A DNA stretch of 64,000 nt from assembly GCA_014905635.1 (NCBI GenBank), contig JABVCE010000022.1, positions 1-64,000 of the forward strand. The letters are read 5' to 3'. Below, one piece after another: positions 37,201 to 48,069 of the stretch. The notes beneath the pieces were generated by a model, which saw only the letters and a program-made list of their open reading frames with translations, searched no databases and was not told the origin of the DNA. Each line of letters begins with the position of its first letter. Position 1 is the first letter of the stretch. The stretch is from Scenedesmus sp. PABB004. Its lineage: Eukaryota. A program made the position numbers and the translations under genes.

Positions 37201-39414
37201 GCGCGGCCAGCGAAGGCGGCGGCGCGGCGACCGCGCCGCCGAGCCGGGCAACCAAGGCGGCGGGCGCGGCGGCCAGCCAGGGCGGCGCGGCCGGCGGCGG
37301 CGGCGGCAGCGGCAAGACGCCGTTTGCGGCGGCCGCGGGCGACGCCAGCAGCGGCGGCGCCGCGGGCGGCGGCCGGGCCGCGGCGGCCGGCGGCGGCAAG
37401 GCGGCGGCGCCGCCCGGCGCGGCCAAGGGGCGCGGCCCCTGGAGCCAGGCCAACTCCACCGAGCTCTTCGCGCACCTGCAGCAGTACCGCCCCGTGAGTG
37501 TGGAGGGCGTGCTGCGCGGCAAGGAGGGCGCGGGCGTGCACCCCGCCGTGCTCGCGCTCGGGCTGCGCTACGCCGACGGCACCATCACCGGCAGCACCGC
37601 GCGCTGCGTCGCGATGGTGCACGCGCTCTGCCAGGTGCGGCGGCGGCGCGCCGCCGCCCTGCGCCCCCGCCCGGCGCGCCTGCTGCGGCTGCGGCTGCTG
37701 CGCACGCTCCGCCTCCGCCCTCGCCGTTGCACCCCTTGCCTCCACCCCTTGCTGCCCCTCCCTTTTCACCCCCCCCCCCCCCCACACACACACTCTCCCC
37801 CCCCCTCTCACCCACACACACACTCACTCACACACCCCACACACGCCCCCCCCCACCCCCCCACACACACACGCAGGTCATCGCCGACTACCGCACGCCC
37901 GAGGGGCGCAGCCTGCCGCGCGACCTCATGTCAACCATCAATGCCAGCGTCGACTTCCTCGTCCGATGCAGGCGCGCGCCCGCCGGCGCACCCGCACGCG
38001 CCGCCGCCGCCCGCGCGCTCCCCGCTCCCCGCGCCGCGCGCTCCCCGCTCGCCGCCGCTCCCCGCTCGCCGCCGCCCACGCGCACCACGCCTCCCTCCCC
38101 GCCCCCGCCCCTCCCTCGCCCTCCCGCGCCTCCCTCCTCCCGCGCCGCCCGTCCGGCCAGGCCGCTGAGCGTGTCGATGGGCAACGCGATCAAGGCGCTG
38201 AAGCTCGCGCTCAGCAAGGTCGACCCGGGCGCGCCCGAGGAGGCGGCCAAGGCGGAGCTCGAGGCGCTCATGGCCGACTGGCTGCACGAGAAGGTCGCGC
38301 TCGCGGACCGCGTGCTCGTGGAGCACGCGGTCTCAAAGGTCTACGACGGCGACGTCATCCTCACATACGCCTACTCGCAGGCGCGCGCGCGGGCGCGCGG
38401 GCTCAGCGTTTTTGAGGGCTTTTGAATTTTGAATGAGCGTGCCGTTTCGACACGCGATCGCCGGGGGCCGGGGACGGCCCTCCCGCGTGGGGCGGGCGAG
38501 GGAGCCTGACAACGCCTCATATGCGCGCGCGCCGCCGCGGCCGCGCGCAGGTCGTGCTGGAGGTGCTGCTGAGCGCGGCGGCCGCGGGGCGGCGCTTCCG
38601 CGTGATGATCGTGGACAGCCGGCCGGAGCTCGAGGGCCGCCAGCTCATGCGCCGCCTGCTGCAGGCGCGCCCCCGCAGCCAGCGGCGCGGCCGCGGCGCC
38701 GTCTGCCCCGCGGCGCGGCTCGCGCGCCGAGAGAGCGCCCGCGCGCCAGCGCTCACGCGCGCCGCCGCGCCGCGCCGCCTGCTCTGCGCGCCAGGCGGAC
38801 GTGCCGTGCGGCTACGCGCTGCTGTCGGGCCTCTCCTACGCGATGCGCGAGGCGACCAAGGTCCTGCTCGGCGCGGCGGCGGTGCTGAGCAACGGCACCG
38901 TGCTCAGCCGCGCCGGCAGCGCGGCGGTCGCGATGTGCGCGGCCGCGAGCAGCAAGCCGGTGCTCGTCGCGTGCGAGGCGTTCAAGTTCCACGAGCGCGT
39001 GCAGCTCGACTCCATCACGCACAACGAGCTCGGCGACCCCGACGCGCTCGCCGCGCTGCCGCCCTACGCGCCCGCCGCCGCGCGCGCGCCCGGCGGCGCC
39101 GGCACCGGCGGTGCGCGCGCCCGCAGGACTCTGCCGCGCGCGCGCTTGCAGGACGCGCGCTTGCAGGACGCGCGCGCGCGCCGCTCACGCGCGCCCTCGC
39201 CCGCGCGCGCCGCCGCAGACCCGCTGCGCGGCGTGCCGAGCGCGGGCTGGCGGGCTGGCGCGACGTGCCGCGCCTCGCGCTGCTCAACCTCAAGTACGAC
39301 GCGATGCCGGCGGAGTACGTGACCATGGTGGTCACCGAGTTTGGCATGATCCCGCCGAGCAGCGTGCCCGTCATCCTGCGCGAGTACAGCGAGACCGCGG
39401 GCGAGACGGCGTGA
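36267..39414 (+). CDS. Translation initiation factor eIF2B delta subunit
   Basis: [34 protein letters not shown]...[64 protein letters not shown]. Confidence 0.95.
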
Positions 39415-39686
39415 GCGTGAGCGCGCACGGCGGCGGCGGCGGGCGGCGGGCCGCGTCGCCCGGGCGGCGGCGGCGCGGGCGGCGGGGGTGTCGTGCGGGG
39501 CTCGGCTCGCCGGAACCGCCGCGAACAACTCAACCGCCGTCCGCTCGCGAGTGCCGGCAGCGGCCCCCGGGTAGCCAGGGATCGAGCCGCCAGGCCTCGC
39601 CACCGCGCCGCCGATCGCCGCCGATCGCCGCCGATCACCGCCGTTCGAAGCAGCGGCTCGCGGCAGCGCCGCCGCCCGCCGCCACG

Positions 39687-42277
39687 ATGAACGGCCTCGC
39701 CGCGACGCCGGGCGAGGTGATCGCGAGCGCGAGCGAGCAGGTGCTGAAGCAGATACACGCGCTGTACAGCAGCGGCCTCTCGGCGGGCGCGCCGGGCGCC
39801 GTGGGGCTGCTGGGCATCGCGCAGGCGCTGGGCATGGGCAAGGCCATCCGAAAGCCGCGCAAGAAGATCAGGTGCGCCGGAAGATCAGCCGCGCGGGAGC
39901 CGCGCGGCACCGCGGCGGGCGCCGCTGCTGCTGCTGCCCGCCCCCAACCGCCGCCGCGGCTTGCCCGCCGCGCAGCGTGATGCTCGTGGGCAACCACTCG
40001 GCAGGTGCGCGCCGCCCGCGGGCGCGCCGCGCAGCCGCAGCCGGCACGCCCGTGCCGGCGCGCAGCGCGGCGGGCGCCCGACCGGCCGCCGCGCCGCCGC
40101 GCCGCCCTGGGCTGGGCCAGGGAAATCGTCGTTCATCAACTTTTACATCGGCGAGCGCGTGGTCAAGACGGGCGTCGCAATCGAGACGCGCGGCTTCATC
40201 ATGGTCACCAGCGGGCGGTGAGGGCGTGCGGCGCGGCCTGCCGGCGCGACGCCACGCGCGCCGAGCCAGCAGCCGCCGCCGCGCTGCCGGCGCCGCCCGG
40301 GGGCCGGGCCGGCCGGGCGGCCGCGCGCTGCCGACGCCCGCGCGCGCGCGCCGCGGCGCCGCAGCAAGCGCGAGACGCTCACGGGGGACGCGACGGTGCG
40401 TTACTTTGACTACCTGGAGGACCTCGACAGGTGCGGCCGCCCCCGCGCCAGCAGGGGGCGGGGGGCCGCCAGCGTGCGCGTGTGGCCCGCGCGGACGATG
40501 CCGCCTGGGCGGCGCGGCGGCGGCGCGGCGGCGGCGAGCCGCCGCGTCCGCCGCGTCCGCCGGCGCCGCGCAGCCCGGCGTTTGACGGCATCATGTCAAA
40601 CCTCTTCACCGAGGTCTCCACCAGCAAGGAGCGCTCGTTCTCGTGCGTCGACTTTGTCGACACGCCCGGCCTCGTTGACGGCGACATGAAGGCGCGGCGG
40701 CGGCGGCGGTGCCACGCAGCGGCCGGGGGCCGGGGGCCGCGCGGTGCTCGCCGCGCGGCGCCGACGACCTGCCGCCGCGCGCGGCCGGCCGCCCGTGCGC
40801 GCACAGTACCCCTTCCCTGTCAAGGAGAGCATCCTGTGGATGGCCGACCACGTGGACCTCATCCTGGTGCTCTTTGACCCCATCGGTGCGCGCGGGCAGG
40901 GCTGGGCAGGGGCGCGGCGCGGCCGGAGCGCGAACGCGCGCCCCGCCGAGCGCGGCCGCGCCAACGCCGCGCCTGCGGGCGTGCGTGCGCGCAGGCCAGG
41001 CGACATGCAAGCGCACGATGGAGGTGGTGGAGGAGCTCAACCACACGCATCACCTGGAGAAGATCCACTACTTCATGTGAGCGCTGGCGGGGCAGCGGGG
41101 CGGCGCGGGGCGCGGGCCTGGGGCCAGCGCAGGCGCCAGGCAGCCAGCGGCGGGCCTGGGGCGCGGCGGCGGCGGGGGCAGGCCTGGGGCGGCGCGCGGC
41201 GGCGCGCGCGAGCGCGCGCGCGAGCGGGGCGCGTCGCGCGCTGCGCCGCGCAGGTCCAAGGCGGACGAGGTGCTGGACGAGCGCGACCGGCAGCGCGTGC
41301 TCATCCAGATCACCCAAAACCTCGCGACGCGCATCCGCAACAGGCGCGCCGCCGCGCACACTGCCGGCCGCTGGCCGCCGGCTGCCGGCCGCGCGCGCGG
41401 CGGGCGCGCCGCCGCCGCGCGCCGCGCCGCCGCTCGACATGCCGCCGCGCGCCGCGCCATCCGCCCCTCACCGCGTGGCCGCCCAACGCGCGCGCAGCCA
41501 CGCGTTCAACCTGCCAACCTTCTACCTCCCGCACGACGACGACTGCGGCCTGCCGTGCGCCATCCCCAACGCGATTGAGGACGTGTGCGGCGAGATCGAC
41601 AAGGCGCGGCGGCGCACGCGGCGCGCGCGCGCGGCGGGGCAGCAGCGCGGCGCGGCGCCGTCCGCGCCGCCGCAGCTCTCTCGGGCCGTCGGCCGCCGAC
41701 GCCCGCGCCAAGCGGCGCGTCGTCTCCCGCTCACCGCCGGCACGGGCGCCGCGCGGGCGCAGGCGATCAACCAGACGGTGCAGAAGGTGCTGCGGCAGCT
41801 CAAAGCCGACTGCGCGACGCTCACCGCGGCGATCGAGCAGCGGCGGCAGCAGGACGAGGCGGCGCGCGCGGTCAACGCGAGCCGCACCTGGAGCGGCGCG
41901 GCGCTGCTCGCGGGCGGGGTGCTGGTGCTGCTGGCGCTCGCGGGCGCGCTCGCCGCGCGCGCCGTGGGCGCGGTGTGCAGCCTGCCGCGCGCGGCGGCGC
42001 CGGCGCCGGCGCGTGCGCGAGCGACGCGGCCGCGTCGCTGCGGGACTGGGACGACTCGCTCGGCGGCAGCTTCCGCGCGGTCGCGGGCGTGCTTGCGGGC
42101 GCGGCGCTGGTGCTGGGCGGCTCGGCGCGGCTGGTGTGGCGGCACGAGGCGGTGCTGGACGCGCGCGGGCGCAAGCGGCTCGACGAGTTCGCCGCGGTCG
42201 TGGCCCGCGTCGCTGCGGCGGGCGAGGCGCTGTGGGAGGACTTTTTCGCGACGCTCTCGGCCAACGAGGAGCGTTAG
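39687..42277 (+). CDS. Dynamin-superfamily (EHD/sarcalumenin-like) P-loop NTPase with two C-terminal TM helices
   Basis: G1 GNHSAGKSSFIN, G2 ET, G3 DTPG, G4 SKAD; coiled coil followed by two hydrophobic segments. Apparent frameshift near 41995. Confidence 0.85.
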
Positions 42278-42489
42278 GGCGCGCGCGTGCAAGCGGCCGG
42301 GTCGAGACCCCGAGGTCGATGGCGCGAGAGCGGCAAAGCCCCGCTTGACGGCCCGCCCAGCTCCGCCGGCAGGCGCGACAGCTCCCCCGCCGAGCCCAGA
42401 GGTCCGACCGAGCCCGCGCGCACAGCAAGCCGCCGTGCGCGCCCCGGCAGCGACAGCAGCGGCGCAGCAGCCAGCGAGGCTCGGGAACC

Positions 42490-43524
42490 ATGGAGCGCCA
42501 CCCCTGGTGGGCTGAGCTGGACGCCTCCGCGCGCCTGCCGACCTGGGACGGCCGGCCCGTGGGCGTCAAGGCCGACGGCGGCGGCAGCGTGCGCGGCCAG
42601 GGGAAGATCGGGGCCATGGCCCTGCACCGCGCGGCGCACAACCGCCGCCTCGAGGGTGCGGGCGTTGGCCACGCGCTGTGGGCTGCGCGGCAGCGCGCGC
42701 GCGCGCGCGCTCAGGCCGGCTCGCGCCGCCGCCGCAGAGCTCGTGCGCCTGGTGGACCAGGGCGCCGACGTGAACGAGGTCGAAGCGGCCGGCAACACGC
42801 CGCTGCACTCGGCCGCCTTTGAGGGCTGGCGCGAGGGCGCGGAGCTCCTGCTGCAGCTCGGCGCCAAGGCGAGCCGACGCCGCCGCTGCGCCGCACGCGC
42901 GCCCGCTGCGCCGCGCGCCCGCGGGCCCGCGCACCACGCGTTGCGTGCTGCCGCCGCAGGTCAACGCGAGCAACAACGCCGGCGACACGCCCTGGCACTG
43001 GGCCGTGAACATGGGCCACGCCGACGTGGCGGCACTGCTCGAGGCGGTGCGGCGACGCGGGGCGAGGGGGCGCGTCGCACGCCCGTCGCTCGGGCGCCGC
43101 CCTGCGCTGACGCCGCGGCGGCGCACGCAGAACGGCGCCAGCCGCGAGAAGGGCGCCGTGCTGGTGCCGGAGCACGTGCCCAAGGTCAAGGTGCGGCGCG
43201 GCCGGCCGGCCGCCGCGCGCGCCAGCAGCAGCGTTGCGCGCCGCGAGCCACGAGCGTCCGTGGCGCGGAGTCACTCCCCGCCCCGCCCCGCGCGTCTCGC
43301 CTGCCCAGGACTTCTTCGCCAAGGAGTGCTGGTCGCACCACCCCCTCCCCTACGCCGACTTCGTGGCGGTCCGTGGCCGCGCGGCGGCCGCTCCGGCACG
43401 CGGCGCCACACCCCACGCCGCGCGCCGCGCGCCACACCCCCGCCCGCCGCGCCGCGCCGCGCAGTTCAAGAAGAAGGAGCGCGCCGAGCTCGAGGAGGAG
43501 CGCAAGAAGCTGGTCAAGGTGTGA
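42490..43524 (+). CDS. Ankyrin-repeat protein
   Basis: GADVNEVEAAGNTPLHSAA and VNASNNAGDTPWHWAVNMGHADVAALL. Confidence 0.88.
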
Positions 43525-44326
43525 GACGCGGCGTGGCTCGTGGGGCGCGGCGGCCGCAGCAGCAGCGGCGCCGCTCGGTGACGCCTTGGTTGACGAGCTC
43601 GTCCTGCCTCCAGCGCGCAGCAGTTCGCCACCCTTAGCAGCCCTAGCACGCTGGAGAGGGCGCCGACCCGGGCGCCCCGCTCCGTGCGCCGGGCGCGGCG
43701 GCAGTCGGACTTGGCGCCTCGCGTCGGTCCACGCCCCCGGCGCACCGAGCCGCCGCGCCGCGCGCCGCTCCCCGCCACAGACGCCCCACCAGGCCCCGAA
43801 ACAACACCTCGCCGCGACCCTGCGAGCGCCCCAGCGTGCGGAGTGACCCCAATTTTTTGCGCGCCGCCCAGGCAGCCGACAAAACACCGCGCGCCGCCGC
43901 CTGCGCCATTTTCTCAGAGCTGTAGACCCGCGTGCATCGCCAGCGGCAAGGTCGCGCCGCCCAGGGGTGAGCAGCAGCAGTTTTTTGTGCGCCGCGCGCT
44001 GCGGCCGCCCCAGGGCCCGCCGCAGCCCCCGTCGAGCGCACCAGACCGCTGCGGGCCCGCCACCCTGGCGCGCGCCGCTCTCCCGCCGGCCCAGCAGCGC
44101 GCCTGGCGGGCGCCGGCGGGCGCTGGCGCGCCGCGCCGGCGCCGGGCGCCCGTCAGCGACGGCGCAGCGGGTGTACCCGCCCGCCAGCACCGCGCTGGCA
44201 GCGGGCCGGCGAGCGCGGCGCCAGCGGCCGGCGGCCGCGCGCGCTCCCGCCGACGCCGTGCCGCGCCCCCGCCGCCGCCGCCGCAGCCGCCCCCGCAGCG
44301 CCCACGGACCCGCGGGAGAGCGCGCC

Positions 44327-45543
44327 ATGCGCGTGAGCAGCAGCACCCGGGGCGCCGGCGCCAGCAGCCGCGCGGCCGGTGGCGCAGCGGCGCTGCTCGT
44401 CGGCCTCGCGCTGCTCGCGTGCGCCGCGCGCCCGGCGGCGGGGCATGCGGTGATGATCAGCCCCAAGTCGCGCCCGTGGTACGACTACCTGCTGCACTAC
44501 AACTACAACCCCCACGCCGTGTTTGCCGGCGGTGAGGCGCCGCGCGCGTGGAAGCGCTCGCCGGCGAGCCCGGGGCTGGCCGCGGCGGCGGTGACGACGA
44601 CGCGCCGCGCCGCGCCGGCGCTCACGCCCCCCCCCCCCCCCCTCCCGCAGGCGTGGCCAAGGTCAGCGACGGCGGCAAGCTGCAGTGGCCGGCGCGCAAG
44701 GTCAGCGGCATCTGCGGCGACGCGTACGGCGAGGACAAGTGGGACAAGCCCGGCCCGCTCGGCGGGACGTACAAGGCGGGCAGCACGATCAAGACCGACA
44801 TCATCTTTGCGCAGAACCACCTCGGCCGCGTGCACATGCGGCTCTGCCCGCTCTCCGCCAAGACCGAGGCGGAGTGCGTCAGCCTGCAGCGGTGAGCGCG
44901 GCGCGGGCAGCACGGCCGCGCGCCGGCGGCGCCCGCCGCCGCCGCCGCGCGCCGGCAGCGCCTGCCGGCCCCGCGGCGGCCCACCGACGTCCGCCCCGCC
45001 GTCCCCCGCGCCGCGTGCCGCGCAGCGCCGACGGCAAGGGCAGCGTGTTTGACCTGCCCTGGACGAAGGGCTGGTGGGGCGTGACCGACGGCTTCACGCC
45101 GCCCGTCGACACCGCGGGGCTGCCGTTTGACATGTACAAGATGCCGCTCGTGGGCAAGGCCGAGGGCTGCGCCGCGTGGAGCTGCGACCAGTTCCGGGGC
45201 ATGTTTGTCTATTCGTTTGCCTGGGCGCTGCCAAAGGGCTACACCTGCGAGGCGTGCAAGCTGCAGATGTTCTACCTCACCGCGAGCCGCTGCTGGCCGC
45301 CCTGCGTCGGCGGCGGGCCGTGCACCAAGCCCGTCGACTACGCGTTCTGCGGCACGCCCGGCGCGACCTACCCGGAGGAGTGAGCGGCGCGGCGCGGCGG
45401 CGGCGCAGCACGCACAGCGCGCGGCACGCACAGCGCGCACGTGCGGCTCCCGCCCACCCGCCGCGCCCCCCGCCTTACGCCGCCGCGCCACACGCTCGCT
45501 CCTCAGGTTTTGGGGCTGCGCGGACGTAAAGATCACGGCGTGA
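44327..45543 (+). CDS. Secreted lytic polysaccharide monooxygenase, AA15-like
   Basis: Signal peptide ending AAG|H (His1), GICGD, AQNHLG (second His), CKLQMFY, PEE|FWGCADVKI. Confidence 0.85.
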
Positions 45544-46220
45544 GCGCCGCGGCGGCGGCGTGCGGCGCGGGCGCCGCGCGCGCAGCAGATGCGCGCCGGC
45601 CGCCGGCCGCGCGAGTCGGGCCGGGCGCGGGGGGCGCGGGCTGTTGCTGATGCCGGCCAGCGATCCAACGACCAAGCGACGCCTTGGCGCGGCGCGGCGA
45701 CGGCACGACACTGCTGACGGGCGGGCGGCGGGCGCGCGCGCCAGCGCCGCCTGCGACAGGGTGCGAGCGCGTGTGGGCATGCATACGAGCGTGGCTGGCT
45801 GACACCGCCGCGCCCAACGCACGCGCGCGTGGCTGGGCGGCGCGAGGAGCGTGCTGGGAGGAGGGGGCGGGGGGCAAGCAACGGACGTTGACGCGGGGGC
45901 TGCAACAAGCCCCCTGGGGACCTGGGCGGCGGCGGGGGACCGCGGGCAAAGCCCAGCCTGCGCGCGCGCGCGATCTCACAGGATCGCCCGCGGCAGCCGC
46001 TGCGGCGACTGTAGAGCTGCATGCATATAAGCGCCTCCTGCACAGGGCCTGACCAGTTGTGTGTGTGCGCGCGTGTTGGCCGCTGCGGCCGCGGGGGGCG
46101 GCAAGACTTGACTCTGTTCTTTGCCGGCGGCGGCGTGAGCGACGGGCGGTAATCGTTGCTGCCCCTGCACCGCCGACGCCGCACCGCCGCGAGCGCTTAC
46201 AAAGCCGCCCGCACGCCCGC

Positions 46221-48036
46221 CTAGGCCGCCGCCGGCCCCGGCGCGCCGCCGCCGGCGCCGGCGCCGGCCGCCGCGAGGCCCGCGACCTGCGCGAGCTTTG
46301 CCTCGATGCTGCCCAGGCGCGCGCGCGCGTCGTCGGCCTGGGCCTGCACCTCTGCGATGTACTCGGGGCTCGCCTTCTCCACGAACTTGGGGTTGCCCAG
46401 GCGGCCCATGATGCCGCCGAGCTCCTTCTCCACCTGGGGTTTAGGGCGCGCGGGCAGGGCGGGGGCGGCCGGCGGCGCGGCGCGGCGCGGTCGCGGGCGC
46501 GGTCGGGCATGGCGGCGCGGCGGCAGCCTCGGGGACGCGCGCGGGAGAGAGAGAGCGAAGAGAGGGGGAGAGAGCAGCCCCCGGCGGCCCTTGGCCGCAC
46601 CTTGGCCTTTTGCTTGGCCAGGCGGGCGAGCTCCTTGTCGACGTCAAACAGCCCCGCCAGCGGCAGCAGCAGCTGCAGGCCCTCCGTCACTACCACGCTC
46701 ACGCTGCCGCCCGGCGGCGCGGCGGCGGCCGCCTCTGCGGCGCTGCCCACGACCGACACCTGCGCGGCGGCGCGGCGCGGGGCGCGGCACCGCGGTGGGG
46801 CGGCGGCATGGGAGGCGAGGGCGGCGCGGCAGCACGCGGCGGGCAATGTGGCACCGCGGCGGGCGCTCGGCGCCCGCCCCGCCCAGTCTCCCCCTCTTGC
46901 GTACCTTGCTGGGCTCCAGCTTGGCGAGCAGGCAGATCACAGGCAGCTCCTGCGACAGCACGCCCCGCAGCTCGGGGTCGCTCACCACCAGCACCGCGGC
47001 GACCTGGGCGGCGGCGGCGGCGTCAACGGCACCGTCGGCGGCGTCGTCGGCGGCGCGGCGGCTCGGGGCTCGCGCCGCGAGCGGGCCCGGCCCAGCCTGG
47101 TCCCCAGCTCAGCCCCTCCCCACACGCGCGGCGCGCGGACACGCACAACCTCACACACGCCCACGCGCGCGCACCTTGCGGGCCTGCTCCAGGCCGTACT
47201 CTGTGCGCGCGTTGCGCACGCCGCGGACGAGCTCTTTCAGCAGCTCAAACTGCGCCACCGCGCCCGCGTCCACGCCGCCGCCCGACGGCCAGGCCGCCTT
47301 CATCAGCGACGCGCCGCGGTGCGGCAGCGCCTGCGGCGGCGGCGCGGCGGCGGCGGCGCAGCGGCGGCGTGTCGGCGCGCCGGCGCCGCGGCCCCCGGGC
47401 GCGCTGCCGGCGCGCGGCGGCGCGCCCCCACGGCCACGCGCCCCCGCGCCCGACCGCCACCGCGCCGCCGCGCTGCACACGCAGCCGCCGCGCTGCACAC
47501 ACGCCGCCGCCGCGCTGCACACACGCTGCACGCCGCCGCCGCGCTGCACACGCGTCCGCCGCGCCCGCCCGCCCCCCCCCCCCCCCCGCCACGTCCGCCG
47601 CGCCTGCCAGAGCTCCTCGGTGATGTAAGGCATGAACGGGTGGGACAGGCGCAGCAGCGCGTCAAAGGCGTACACCAGCACGCGCCGCGCGCCGCCCGCG
47701 GCGCCGCCGTCGCCGCTGTTGCCGGCGTAGAGGCGCGCCTTGGAGGCCTCCACGTACCTGCGGCGGCGCGCGTTCGCGCGCAGGCTGCGACCACCCCGGC
47801 GGCGCGCCGGCGGCGGCGCGGCGCGGCGGCGCGGGGCCGCACCAGTCGGCAAACTCGCCCCACGCCCAGGCGTAGATCGCCTGGCCGGCCTCATTGAAGT
47901 CGTAGCGCTCCTGGCAGGCGGTGACCTGGGCCACCAGCTGCGCGCGCGCGGGCGGGCGTGGGCGGGCGGCGCGGCGCCACGGACGCGCGCGGGCGCGGGC
48001 GCAGGCGCGTCCGAGCGCGCCGGCGGCCGCGAGAAG

Positions 48037-48069
<33 letters not shown>

